In this document: positions 1 through 13,100 of the stretch, piece after piece
Layout of the letters: every line of letters starts with the position of its first letter
Position numbering within the stretch: the stretch's first letter is position 1
Source of the DNA: Mobula hypostoma
Lineage: Eukaryota
Length of the DNA: 64,000 nucleotides
Assembly (NCBI RefSeq): GCF_963921235.1
Contig: NC_086102.1
Location: 163,494,001-163,558,000, forward strand
Direction: 5' to 3'
The notes under the pieces: generated by a model
Databases searched by the model: none
What the model was told of the DNA's origin: nothing
Seen by the model: only the letters and a program-made list of their open reading frames with translations
Position numbers and translations under genes: made by a program

Positions 1-3000
1 TATAGTTTAATTACACCTTTAGAGATGGGGGAAGGAACAGAGCTGTCATGGTGTGCTACTAAACCCTGTAGTGTAATTTATTGTTATTGAAGAATATTTA
101 TTGATGTATATATACGATTACATTCTTTCCTGCTTCAATTATGATGATTTGGATTGTAGAATCCTGTCTCCTTTTTCACAAAAAGATTTTACATTTCTGC
201 TCAGTATTATAACTGAAAATGTTTACTGACTATATACTTCTAATCTTTACCCTGGTAATAAAACTTTTGTATGTAAAAAACAATAATAAAAAACAGTTCA
301 TGCTTGTACTTCACAGCATTGTATCATCCACAATATATGTTAGGCATACTTTAATGCAGTTTCTCATACTAATATAGGTACAGAAAATCAGAATTCTGTT
401 AATTTATTACCTTATAAAATGTGCTCATAATTGTTCTTATTCAGGGAATCAATCACTACCAATTATTCTTAAAATGAGCCTAACGCATACTTAAGGGTTT
501 GTGAATACTCGTTTTGCCTTCCATTGTACGAAATAAATGCCAATTAACTGTAAAAACAAATTCGTAGGTTCAAAGGAAACAGTTGTTTCATCTTTTATAG
601 CAACACATCAACTAAAATATAAGGCACGAAATGCCCATGAATATATTTTCTGTTGACGTAAGTACCTGCAATTGTTCTCGCTGAATCTCATTTACAGACT
701 TTCTATTACGTCTCAAAGAACACAAAATATATGACTCGTGGTATTCAATATAAGCTCAGGCCTCTACTTCGTTGTGTACAAATAGGCAGCAGATGCCATG
801 ACAGCCGGCATTGTTTGCAATAAAGCACAAGTAAACCGTAAAATCTACGCCATTTCAGGACACAAAACTACGCCTTAATAATAATCCCACCGCAGTCTTA
901 CTAATGTTTACCTCCCACCTCCAAGATATAGCAGATACAAATTTTTGCAGCTGAAGTTTATCATAGTTGCTCCAAAATGTTAAAGCTAATCCGAATAGAA
1001 GGTCAGTATATCAGCCTACTGCAACTTATGACTGTCGCTTGGTAGCACATAGTAAGAAGCAAAGGGCGCTATTCATCAAATATATATGACAGTTACATTC
1101 ATTTGCTATCTTACCAGAAACAAAACTAAAATTGTTTACCTACCAAGCTTCCATTTTTCAGTTTCTGGCAACGAACTACAACAGCAAAGTCTGATAGCGG
1201 ACCATTTGTATATAATATTCTTGGGATCTGTTCACTTTTCAAGTGTGATAGAGTCCTTTGCTTGGCCGATTAATGACGACGCTGTGTTTCTTTCGGGACG
1301 TACTGCATTAATTATTTAGTAAATCACGTGGCCGAATCAAATATAAAAGGATACATAAAATCTTACCACCTCTCCTGGACATGGTCATAAAATGCAAAAG
1401 TCTTTATCGTTTGGGAAATATCAGGTTGGCAAATATATTTTAAAATTCTAAAGAGAAAGACCAACAAATATGGCTGTTTAGAGGCGATGGGCTGCATCAG
1501 CTTTGTCCCAATTTGAATGACCAGCCTATGGCATGGTCGTATTGACTCTTTGCCTTCCTTTCAGCTGTTTCTTGTTCCAGGCTAGAAACGAAGCAAGCGA
1601 GCGGCAGATTTACAACAATTTGCCTTTGGTTTGTTAAGATTTGTCTAATTAAACTCCATTTTAAGATGTTTTCATATTTGAAGAAATAAACCAATCAAAG
1701 GTGGAAGAGGTTATCCATGCTTTTAGTTCTTTGATACCAACAGATATAAATACAAGTGAATGCATTAAACACAACTACAGATTAATACATACCCACGTAT
1801 ATATAGTCTTACATACAAATACACATGTATATTGGAACATATCAATACATATTCACGTGTTCACATATGTGCATGCATAACTGCATACAAAAAATTTCCC
1901 TCCACAGAAATATACATAAATGCATACACACGAGTATATATAAGGTAATATGTAGTTATGGGAACTGTGCTGTGCAGTATTGATATAAATATATTATATG
2001 ATTGATTGTGATTGATATCATATCTGACGTTATGAATTTTGAATGATATACCAGTTCAGAAATCATAATGTTGTTGACTTTTAAGTTCTGTACGTCCTAT
2101 GTTTGAATACTCTGTATTTATCTGACAAATGATATAGCTGAAATAATTAAGCTTCTGAATTTAAATCATTTGAATTATAAATTGTAGCTGGTGCCTGCAC
2201 TAATACATGTGGCTAGATAGGTTAAATATTGATAAATTACGCACTTAAATGAAGGTGAGACGTTATCAATTGACCTTGCTGCTAACTCTGGCTAAAAGTG
2301 AGCTACTTTTCAAGGGGATAGATATTGTACTAAAATTAAAGCAAATACTGCTTACACTCCCTTTCAACATATACACTTACGTGTTTATGTTTAGATTGTA
2401 TCAAGGAAAATATGACATAAGGTTTTTATTAATTACTGCTCATTCTGATCGTTCGTATAGATTGGATCTCAGTTTTAGAGATTAGGCTGTTTTAGGGACA
2501 TACTTTTAATTTCACGTTTCCAGGCTCGATCCACTGCATTTAACTTTCATAGAGGGAGATGGGTTTTTGAAAGGGGTTGGGGGGAGGAGGGGGGAGGTGG
2601 GAGAAGTGGTGCCTCTTGCAGCAAGTTGATTATGAGATATATATTAGCATTAACAAAGGACAGACCGAAACACCAACACAATAGGATCTGTGTCCACTTC
2701 GTGTCGAAAATGTGTCTTCTGTGATTAAAAATTGAATAATGACGAAATTATACGGACTTTTATCCATTATATGGATGCAAGTGTGCTTCAGAATATAATT
2801 TTTCCAATGCATGACTCTTACTTCATTCTGCATTTTTGTGTTTTTTTCTGCTATGTGTTAGACTGAATGTTGGATTTCAAAACTTTTATTCCATGCAAAT
2901 GTAACGCGAATTCGGGTATTTTCATGTAGGCAAATGAATGTGATAGCTTGGCGTTTCATTGTCATTCTGTACAGAAGAATGCAGTGCGGGTCGTAGGAGC

Positions 3001-3437
3001 AAGTATTAGTGGTAAATGGTTAGGTGTGTTTCTGAATGCTTGCTTTATTCAAGGAGCAATGAAAAAGTGCAAGCACCCTCTCTCGAAATAGAGGAATATT
3101 GAAGCCCAGTGACTCATCTGCTTCTACGTCTTCCTCAGAGATCTAGTGAAATCAAAAGCTAAATGTCAGCTTTGTAAAGGTGTGAAGACTAAAGAAAACG
3201 CATTTTGGTGGCAACGGGCATCGTACGAAAATTTGCAATTCCATTGAATGGGTGAATAATTTATCAGTTGCCGAAATTAGAATAGTTCATACGTGAGAAC
3301 TTATTTCACTTTGTTTTAACTAGATAGTGTCTATGTTAAAACACATAGAAAAGGCGAAGGGTAGGATTGAGTCCAAAAGGTTAAGGGTTTAGAGGTCAGT
3401 CCTCCAGGCTGAAATACAGCTAATCGAATAGAAAATT

Positions 3438-3454
3438 TGTCCTCTTGGTGAACT
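3438..3454 (-). promoter_or_regulatory. 3' DR5 retinoic acid response element of HoxD4 (neural enhancer)
   Basis: Minus strand AGTTCA-CCAAG-AGGACA, about 2.4 kb 3' of the HoxD4 stop. It has the RGTTCA-n5-AGGACA form of the Hox4 3' RAREs. Confidence 0.85.
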
Positions 3455-5889
3455 TGTTTCTACAGTTTAGCCGAACTTCAGTAAAATACCTTTTCAGCTT
3501 CTCAACATGAAGGCGTCAGAAAAGGACATCTTTGCTAAGCGTGAACCTTAGGGTTTTGTAATGAAGACAATGATTTAAATGGAATAGAGAATATCACTCA
3601 TTTATAATATCAAGACGTGGATATATTATTGTAATGTCATGTGCAAGTCTGAGAACTACACGGCTTACCCTATAAAGAACAAAAGAATGGTGGAATTCGC
3701 CTTTTCAAACAGACCATATCCAGCTAAGCCAGCTGCAAGCTTGCAGGGCAGGGAAGGGATAGGAAAACAGCGGTATCGCCAACTTTCTTTTGTTACTGAA
3801 TGCTACAAAATCGGATTGAAGCCCAAATACCGAGGAAATAAGTTTTCTTACTCTTGTACCTTTGTGAATATTTAATATGATATTAAAACTGCTGTATGAT
3901 TGCGGTTGGCGATTTCCTGACCGCTTTTTTTACTCTCCTTTTAGAAGAGAAGATAAGACAATAACGTGAACCCCATCAGACCTTATCCCTTTGTATTCAT
4001 TTCTACGATTAGCTTTAGAATTGTGAGGCAAAACTGTGGGTACTCGTCATCCTTTAGCATAGCCCCAAAGTTTCAGATAATATACAAAACAATTTAAATG
4101 TAACACACCTAGTTTGATCGCGATATAAAGACAAGCATGAGAAGATAACCTTCAATTGTACTTACAGAGCGAAATACACCATCGCTGCCTTTCTTTCATG
4201 GCTATCACAAATTAAACTACCCTATAGTGAGGGAATACTCATCCAATGATTAGATCTTTCCTCAACAACTTCCATTAAATATATCCAGAAACGCTGTTAG
4301 GATTATTCATTGATATATTCATTTGGTTTAAGGGTTATAGCAAAATCGAAGCAGCAAGTAGGTATATCAAAGTATCTACTGAGCCTTCTTAGAACAGCGG
4401 AGAGTTTATTCTGTTTAAAGCATCTGGATATCATGCTATGAATGGCTGTTTTAGAGCATTACATAAAGGAACTAAGTGCGAAATCTTGATTGCAGCCCGG
4501 CCTGCCTCTGATTGATATCGTGAGAATGTTGGCACGGGACAGAGAACCGTATATTTCAGGAAGTTCTAGCTCGTTTCATAACATTAGCTTCCGTCTAACA
4601 AACAGAAACAAGAATATTCAACAATTTGTGTTTAGGTGTAAATTACCTAACTGAAGAGATTCTCGACTATTGTCTCTGCCCCACTAAATCAACCACCCAT
4701 ATGCCTCTGCAGATTAATAGATTGGAAAAATGAACAGGGTTCTTTACGAAACAAAATATCTTTTGTGCAGACCCGTTTTCTGTTTCTAAATTGTGTACCT
4801 TGTCGTATTGTTGTTCGCTCATCCGTTCTGGAAAAAAAATGAAAGGAAACACATTCCCACTTGTAATACTAAACGTTCACAGATTGGTGTAACCAGCTTA
4901 CTCATTTATCAACCAACAAACCGAGAAACTGAGTTTAACAAGCGCCCTGAACACAAAGTACTGCAATATTCCACTAAACACATTTCTCTGTCAGAAATCT
5001 TTACATGAGACAACATCGGTTGTTGCAGTGGGTATTTGATATTGATCACCGGTTTTTTTGCGGGGGGGCCCTTTGCATTCTTACAGAAAGGGATATGGAA
5101 GGTCTCTTTTCGTGGCATTTGTTCACGACAGCGTCGCAACACTAGCTGCAGTCATATACAAAAACATATAAACAGATACCAAAAGGAAAACTACTCACGC
5201 GATTCAGCTTGTTACTACTAATTTATTTTCGAACTTTAGTAGTGCGTACGAATTTTGGTATCATTCTTGAACATAAAAATGTATGCAATCTTGCACTGTA
5301 ACAATAATCCATTCAGCAGCACAATACAAATACCATTCTCTTATTTTAAATAAAGAAACCACAAAACACTGTCTAATTCCTGATCACTATAAATCTCGAA
5401 TATCAACACAATATACACAAAGAAATGGAATCGCAAAAATACACATTACGAGCAAAATAGCCGTGGAAATAAGAAATTACCACAACAAATCGCTGAGCCT
5501 TATATAAAATAAAAAAGGACCATGAGCAAGCTTCGCAGCCTTTCAAATTCATGCTAGCAGACTATACATGTACCTTCCTGGACCATATACCTCACCATGT
5601 CTTCATGTCTTAGTACCCTGGACTTATTAAGGTTACTAAGGTGTGTTGTATGGTAAGAACACCCATTTATTAGAGTCGCAATCGTTTCTATTAGAGCTAA
5701 GATAACTTTACCATTTTTTTTTGTTTCATTACCTACATTTAAGAACAAGGTGACTGTATAAGATAAGGTCGCTTCAATGCCGTAAAAAGCAACAGGAAAG
5801 CACCTACAAGCCATGTTATCGGTACATGCAGTTTCTGCCTGGAAATGTCTTATTATATACACTTAAAGAACCACTTATAAGATGTTGCT

Positions 5890-6200
5890 CTATAAACTTG
5901 TGAGGTCTGTTTGTTGGTCCTTGGAAATAGTTTGTGACTGTTGGCTGGAAGCAGAAGAAGAACTAGACGATCTGGTCTTAGTGTTTGGCAATTTGTGATC
6001 TTTTTTCCACTTCATCCTTCGGTTCTGAAACCAAATTTTGATCTGGCGTTCGGAAAGACATAAAGTGTGGGCTATTTCAATACGACGTCGTCTTGTCAGA
6101 TACCTGTTAAAATGGAATTCCTTTTCCAGTTCTAAAACCTGCTGCCTTGTATAGGCAGTTCGTGAACGTTTTGGTTCCCCTCCAGTGTAACTAGGATTCA
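5890..6200 (-). CDS. hoxd4: HoxD4 exon 2 (homeodomain)
   Basis: Acceptor tttttcAG at 6202-6201. Encodes (V)[74 protein letters not shown]..., a PG4 homeodomain. TAG at 5890-5892. Confidence 0.96.
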
Positions 6201-6446
6201 CTGAAAAACAAAACAATTCAAAAACCATTCAAATCTGAGCCTAAAGTTTGTCAGCCGCTTCCGTTCAGCTGCCCATTGCACATTGCACCCCTCTAACACT
6301 ACCCCTGTTAAAAAGTCCAAATATCTATTATTACTAAGGATCACTTTAAAGTTCTTGGCGAAACGGAGATATAACATGTCCCTGTTACTTTCAGACTCGA
6401 GTTTTCACATGGAGTCAGCCACATGGCCAGCGGCCTATTTCCTCAG

Positions 6447-6474
6447 CAATAAAAATTTATGATGGGTGTAATTG
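6447..6474 (-). promoter_or_regulatory. HB-1 element of the Hox4 intron (homeodomain/Cdx site cluster)
   Basis: Minus strand CAATTACACCCATCATAAATTTTTATTG in the HoxD4 intron matches the layout of the conserved HB-1 element of paralog group 4 introns (TAATT, CATAAA and TTTATT cores). Confidence 0.75.
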
Positions 6475-6617
6475 CCGGTCTTTTTAAAAACCGCTCATAA
6501 ATCCTCCTTTGAAGGAGTTATTTACGGTAGACCGATACCAATGGGTCACAAATATTTGCTAGGGGTGGCGATGGCGGAGGGGTGGGGGTTGGGGGGGAAC
6601 TAAAAAGTGGACCTTAC

Positions 6618-7029
6618 CCGTGTTAACGTGGATTTTCTTCATCCAAGGATAAACCACTGCTGGCTGTTTGGTTGCTGTGCCGTTTTGATTCTTTGTATTG
6701 TGTTGCTGCTGGCTGCAAGGCCGGGCTATGGACACTTGGAGCGGTGCAACGGGCTCCCCCTGTCCTGTGAGGTGGTTCTGAGGAGCGGGCTGTGCCTGCA
6801 CATGACCCCTCTGCTGCACTGGAGAGCCCCGAGCGTTGCTGCAGCTGTACGACTGGCCGCTGTAGTTTGACCGTGGATAGACTCCTTGGTGCTGAAAATC
6901 AGTGTCCTGCGGCTGGCTGTAATACTCTGAGCAGTGGTCAGGTATGTAGTTATTTTGCGAGTATTCCTCGCAAGGAGGAAATTTGGGATCCACATATTTA
7001 GAGTTCATCAAATACGAACTCATGGTCAT
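6618..7029 (-). CDS. hoxd4: HoxD4 exon 1
   Basis: [24 protein letters not shown]-terminus and [12 protein letters not shown] hexapeptide region. Donor G|GTAAGG at 6617. Joins exon 2 in frame (240 aa). ATG at 7023 is an alternative start. Confidence 0.95.
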
Positions 7030-7099
7030 TAATTTCTGAAGGTGGAAAATACTAATTTTTCTCGAGTTGTCTTTTTTCCCGTTCCATAAAGCCCTCCTA

Positions 7100-7185
7100 C
7101 TTGCTGTCAACTGAATAAAGTTAGTCACCCATGTGACTGTGAGAGCCAATGGTTGGGCTGGACCCGATTCCCGGATAAGGAAACA
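7100..7185 (-). promoter_or_regulatory. Conserved Hox4 proximal promoter/5' UTR block
   Basis: CCAAT box (gccaatgg) next to an E-box-like catgtgac and ccggataaggaaa, directly upstream of the ATG. Similar blocks are typical of Hox4 genes. Confidence 0.55.
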
Positions 7186-8407
7186 GCTAATGACAAATTT
7201 TACAAACTTCGTCCAGAAAATCTTGATTTAAAAAATAAAATAAATTCTGCACCGCCTTTATTATTTTTCCAGTAGCCACTAAGTATTTGAAACAGTTTCC
7301 GGAAAATGCATATAATTGCGGTTTCCATTGGAGAGAATAATGATCATTCACTGAGCGCCCGAATATTGCTCAGGTAATTTGCTCTTTTGTCCAAAGAGAA
7401 TTTTCGACCATTCCTTGTCGCTTTTCATATAAATCAAGGATAGACCAGGCATTCGGCATGCTCGCATGTTTTGTTGTTGTTTTCGCCCGAGAGCAGTATG
7501 ACAATAGCGAGGGTACTTGAAGAAACGGCAGGCAATCCAACGTACGCAGGCTGACAAAGGAAGCATCCAGTTAGCCAAAAAAAAAGGAATAACGGAGCTG
7601 AGGAAAATAATTACAGCCATTACAGATGCACGAAGGTCTTTTGGTCAAAGTTATTCAAAGGCAAACATGGTCTACTCCCGATAAAGTCAGAGCAAGGCAT
7701 TCAGTATCACGTAGAACACTTTACACGTGTTGCTTAAGGACATTGTAAGGTCAAAATACTTCGCTCTGAAAGTTCAATAATTTGGTAGAGTGCAATATAA
7801 GTTTTAACTAGTTTTGTATCTGATGACCTTGCTCCCTAGCAAACGTTTTTGCTTTAATATCTTGACAATTCGTTTTCTTCTTCTCACATCTTATGACCTA
7901 TTGTCTCTTTAAAACTAACACTGTAACGCATTTCTAACCCCTTTATTTGCAACGTGTATAATTCTGTTTTTAAGTTTTAACCAAAGATGTTATCCGGTTC
8001 GATGTTATTCGGAAGCACCCTAAATTGGTCAAACGCGGTACAAAATTGTAAGCCAGTCTTTTCAGATAATTTATCGCCATCGCCATGGAAACGGACAGTA
8101 TTCAGAAAAAAATACTTAAGTTTCAATAATCATGTATTTCTGGAGAATAAGCCCAGAAGTTTAGAATCGACTGCTTTCTGAATAATGGTTAGAAAATCAA
8201 CGCAGTGAGCATTATATTTATTTGGTATGGGGTAGCCGAAAGAAGCATTTAAATCTGAGCGGCGAAATTTAAAAGCAACATTAATGAGTGGGTTCAAAAT
8301 TTAAAAAAACAGGTTATTGTAAATCATTCTAATAATCCCCTAGAACTAAATCAGTCTAACAAGTAGAAGACACGAAGTGCAAATTGCTGATTTTCGTAGT
8401 GTTGGCA

Positions 8408-8488
8408 TCGACCATATACTCCCCTAGAAACGAATCTGTGACCGAGACATCACACAAATTCGGTTCTACAGGGTATATATAGACGACG
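8408..8488 (-). ncRNA. mir10b: pre-miR-10b hairpin
   Basis: Mature 5p UACCCUGUAGAACCGAAUUUGUG at 8475-8453, identical to miR-10b. The 3p arm ACAGAUUCGUUUCUAGGGGAGU at 8439-8418 pairs with it. Canonical position between Hox5 and Hox4. Confidence 0.97.
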
Positions 8489-10094
8489 GGTTACAAACAA
8501 ATTCGGTGACTAATTACACAATAGTAAAATAGTTTAAAAGACTGCAGTGGAAAGCGATCCCCAAGGAGTTAATGACGTGTAATATTAATAAATAAGAATC
8601 TAAAATCAGGCGCAGTTCTTGTTAAATCATGTAGTTGTTTAGCCATTGAAAAATATTACAAATTAACCCCTTAAATTTGGTAAAAAGTGTGAGCAAACAT
8701 TTATATTTGCATCGCTCGGCGGTAGCAGCGTGCTAAACCAGCTCCAGCACACAGTTTACAGGGCAGAAGTTACTATTTGTTGCTGTGTTTTGTGAGCCCT
8801 TCGTATATCACAAAGATTTTATAGGAAACAGTTTGTACCGATTCGCTCCAGCTCACATAACTAAGTGCCCCAGCGTGAATCAATAATTGCTCCAGATGCT
8901 AATAATTTGAACTCACCACTAACAAACCGCAGGATTTGATAACAAATATAGCTCGGTCTAACCAATCGCTAAAACTAATCAAATGCAGCTTAAACGTGAT
9001 AGCACAAATATTGGTTTGCTGCAAAGCGTTTGCCACTCATTTCCACTTTGGTAAAATGAGAACATCCCAGGAAAATGGGGATTGTTTGTTCTATTCTTAA
9101 TCTCGCTCATTTCCTGGGAGTAGGATCAAAAAAATATGCCGACAGTATGCTTCAAAATCTGGCTACAAATCAAAGCAATTGGATGGCCACATGCAGGGAA
9201 AAATATAAAATTTGATCTGCCAGTTTATCAGATTCCATTTGGTTCAAATATATCCAAGGTGTTTTCTAAACTCTAGTTCTTTACAGGTTCCTTTCTTGGC
9301 TGTCCCCACAGTGCCTGTAGAGCAACCACGTTGCGTGGTAAAGGCTGAAGGGCACGGGGTCAGACTGAAATCATTTGCAAACATATCGGAAAGTTGCATT
9401 ATTATTTTCACTCTAGCTACAATCTAACGCATGACCTTTTCAAAGTGTGTGAGTCTGTTCGACGCAACTGCTCAGCTAAACTGACGATAATCCTGTCCTT
9501 CCATTTCGAGTTAAAAAGCTAGGCACGCAAGTGTCAGCCCGAGAACAATTGTAAAACCACGCTAACGAAAATGAATAAGAGCGTTCATCAGTACCAAAGT
9601 TACTCTTAAATGCCCTGAGATGTATGGAATTACAATGCAGTACTGAAGCTGAACTTTCTGACTGGGAACTGTATCCTCACTAGTGTATTTCTCCGTTCTT
9701 TCTATGCACAACAAAGGTTTTTCGTTTTATCAACGCTCTATGGTAGAACAGCCTAACTCCTTCACAAATACTCCAGGTTCTGTTTAATATCTCAGTATTA
9801 CTGTAATTATTTTACCTTTGTAAAGAAAAATCACGTCGCTGATCTTATTTACCTGTGATTTGTTTCATTTACCCCAGTGCATTAGGAAAGAAAAGAGCTA
9901 AACAGTTTTCGACAACCAATGGCGCCAACGAAAGCACCAGCAGTGAATTCTGCTTTTAAAAGCCTTTTGGCACAGAAAATACCAGATATCATTACATCAT
10001 CCGATAATTCGAAAGCCAAATCTCTTTACAGTTCAAATTATCGCACTTTGTGAAGCTGATTGGTGCCGCACATTTTAATATTTGTTAGACGCTG

Positions 10095-10111
10095 TGACCT
10101 GCATTTCACCT
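10095..10111 (-). promoter_or_regulatory. 5' DR5 RARE of HoxD4
   Basis: Minus strand AGGTGA-AATGC-AGGTCA, about 3 kb upstream of the ATG. Matches the mammalian Hoxd4 5' RARE as I recall it. Confidence 0.88.
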
Positions 10112-13100
10112 TACTGCTCGACTCGTTCAGACAGGTCAATGCCAAAGAGTTATTGATGAACAAACCCGATTAAAATTCACCTCTTTTTTTAACTGCCCAC
10201 ACAAGTGCTGCGACTTTTGATCTAGCAGATTTTGACCTAGAGAATGTCAATGCAAAGTAAGTGTTTGGGAAGTGAACCCTATATTTATTTATAGATTCAG
10301 CGGTTCAATGAAAGCTATTATTGTCAACAGCCTGCTAAGAGTTTTCCTATGTATAAGTACAACGATTTTAAAAACAAAATTGAATTTTTAAAAAGTTCAC
10401 CTTTCTACTGACCCAGAAAGCCATTTTCTTGCCGAAGCCGGTTCAGCATAAGCAAGACTGTTTTCCTTTTCAGCATCAATTGTCCTTGATTATTTATCAA
10501 CGCCTAAAGATTCACGTTGTAAAACTAGTGCTGAAACGATGGATCCATGGCGCTGGGCCGTTGCTTTGCGAATCCCCGTTAAACATTATTTGGACCTATT
10601 TAAAGTGAGTCGTTGCTCAACGTTTATCTGGTGATTAAACTATGCTTTTAGTTGGAGAGTGGTTGTGTACACTTTCGCATGTGGATCAGTTAGATTCTGT
10701 AAAATCTGGATTTGATATCTTGGTAGAAGTTATGAATATCCGAGTGAATACCCAAGGTGAAAAGATACATTATCCGGCAGAATTTGAATATTTGTCTTAT
10801 TGTTTTGTGATGACCAAATTGTAATTCAACTGGATGTTATATAGTCCAAGATAAGAACCAAATCTGTCTAATTTAACGAGTAAAGCACTCAGGTTTTTTT
10901 TTGTTGTACGAACGCTGATTCCATTTTTTTTTCTTAAATATATAATATTATAGTGATCGGGTCAAATTATCCCCATGATCTGTTCCTGCGTTAGCAAACT
11001 ATAAGAGGTACAGGATCACATCCCTATTTTAGAAAGTAGAATTGCATAAACACTGAGTCGTTAATTAATAATTATTCTCCCAACGACCTGGCCAACCTGT
11101 ACAACCCGTCCGCGATATTTTACAAAGGTACGCCGGCGAAGAGATAATTCAAGAAGAGAAGTACAAATTTTTCGTTAAACGAATACTTTATCTAAAATTC
11201 TCGTAAGCACAAGGCCTCATGTTTGGCCTACATGCACACGATGCCTATGATATCAGGGGATATTTAATATCTGATTTAGCCTACACGCCTTTGTTAGCTC
11301 ATTAAGGGTAAACTTTAAACATCTACTATAATTATTACCACGTCATTTGCCAAATCGTTTTTGCAGATGTTGAAACCGGAACAATAACTTTCCTCCAAAT
11401 GACCTTTTAAAAATGCAGCCTTGCACTGGGAGGCGCTGTGCCGCAGTGCCAGTTCATAATAACAACCCAGCTAAATCTGCTTCGGTACCATACTGTCATA
11501 GGTAATTAGATTTAAACATAATCAACTTTTAAACGCGCTCTGTACAACAATTCCGCCCCTTCCACGGAAATAAAATGTAATTACAAGATGTCTCAAACAT
11601 CGTTATCACAAATAGAATATCACAAAAGAATGTAACTGTTCATAACAATTATTACGAGAATCATTTCAGAATCCAAGGTACCAGTCCTTTCAGACTAACA
11701 ATACAACAACAGCTATATCCTCCACAAAATTCACATCCAAAACAGCCAACCGTTTCCAGCTTTTCGCTACATTATTAACAAATAATTCTTTGCTACTTAC
11801 TGCGGTGCTCCCTCCATTCTGTCACGTCTGCAAAAAAAGCAAAACAACATTAGCTAAGTAAATCAAATAAGGTAGCATCCAATGCAAAATATGAGCATTG
11901 GTGGATGTTCTAATCTTAGTGAGTATTAGAGCAACTGAACTATTACCAAGGCCGGAGCGTGATGCATATTTTCCTTGCAAAGTCAGAAATAGTCATTGTG
12001 ATCACAATATATGTGGAGTTACGATCCCGCGTTTTTAAAATACAGGATTGAAAATAGAAATTCGATAATTTATGCTTTGTCGTGCTAATTGGTCTGCTCA
12101 TGCCATTTTGCTTCCTTCAGTTAACTCTAAGCAGAAAATAAGGCATAGTTCACATAGAGTATTATTTCACCAATTCAGTTATATGATTGTAATCGTTAGC
12201 ATTGTTTGATGTATCCTTTCTGTTCGCTCTTCAATTGGAAGATGATTATTTAATCTTCATCGCAAAAGAAGCTATACTCAAATAAAGCATCTATTTTTAA
12301 TGACCATGGGATAATATATAATATCATCCTTCCGCTATAATTCGCCCATTAAAAATGTTTTCTTCATGTGTTCTTATCGCTATTTTGTCAGTGCAAGTGA
12401 CGTTGAATACCTAGAGCATACAAAGCTTTCATGCGTTTTGATTATCTACCCCATTAACCTCTAAGAATTTAAAAATATTTATTTCTGTTGTTTTTGTGTT
12501 AAAGCACAGCTTTAGAATTTACCACTAAAGGAGGTTAAAGGAGTACTAACAGACCAAATTTTATTTTTGGAAAACCTAATCTACCGCGCAACACTTTTTT
12601 TTCAGTTCTCCATGCGGGCAGTTTTCATTTCAGGTCTTAGAACTATATATATTTCGAGTGATATTTGGTGTTTATTCTCCTTTTAGTTATGTGAATCTGG
12701 GGGAGTTGGTGTTGGGTGGTGGGTGTTGGATGGTGGGGGGTGGGGGGGGAGCTGGATCCCGATTTATATAGTGTATGATTTCAACAGCTTCCCTCTTTAT
12801 CTTTATAATGTCAAATTGTAGCAGTAAACAGGAACACGAGAATCAAATAACATTGCTCTATTTGCTGGGAACGCTTTACAGCAACTTAAAAAAATTAGGA
12901 TGTTTGTTTTCGGAAGGTAATTGTAAAATGTGACTGCTCACTACTTAATACACGAGCAGCACCTTGTTCGTCATTGTTCTATATTTCTTATGCAAATTGC
13001 AACGAATGTGATCGATTACAAAACCCTCGGGACAGTGAATAAAATCCTGGCATCTACAACCAATGAGATTATTTAACAATGTGAAACAATACCAGCAGAT

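Noticed and set aside
2573-2600. G-rich runs able to form G-quadruplexes (also 6564-6598, 12700-12750, 52074-52102)
   Set aside because: Low-complexity tracts with no sequence-level evidence of function.
6607-7001. Antisense and alternate-frame ORFs over Hox exons (also 25929, 34271, 40893, 58488)
   Set aside because: Shadows of GC-richer coding exons with no independent coding evidence.
7030-7149. 40-codon in-frame extension upstream of HoxD4, and similar extensions for D5, D8, D9, D10 and D12 in the ORF track
   Set aside because: Most start at non-ATG codons, and all precede the conserved N-terminal motifs. Treated as 5' UTR.
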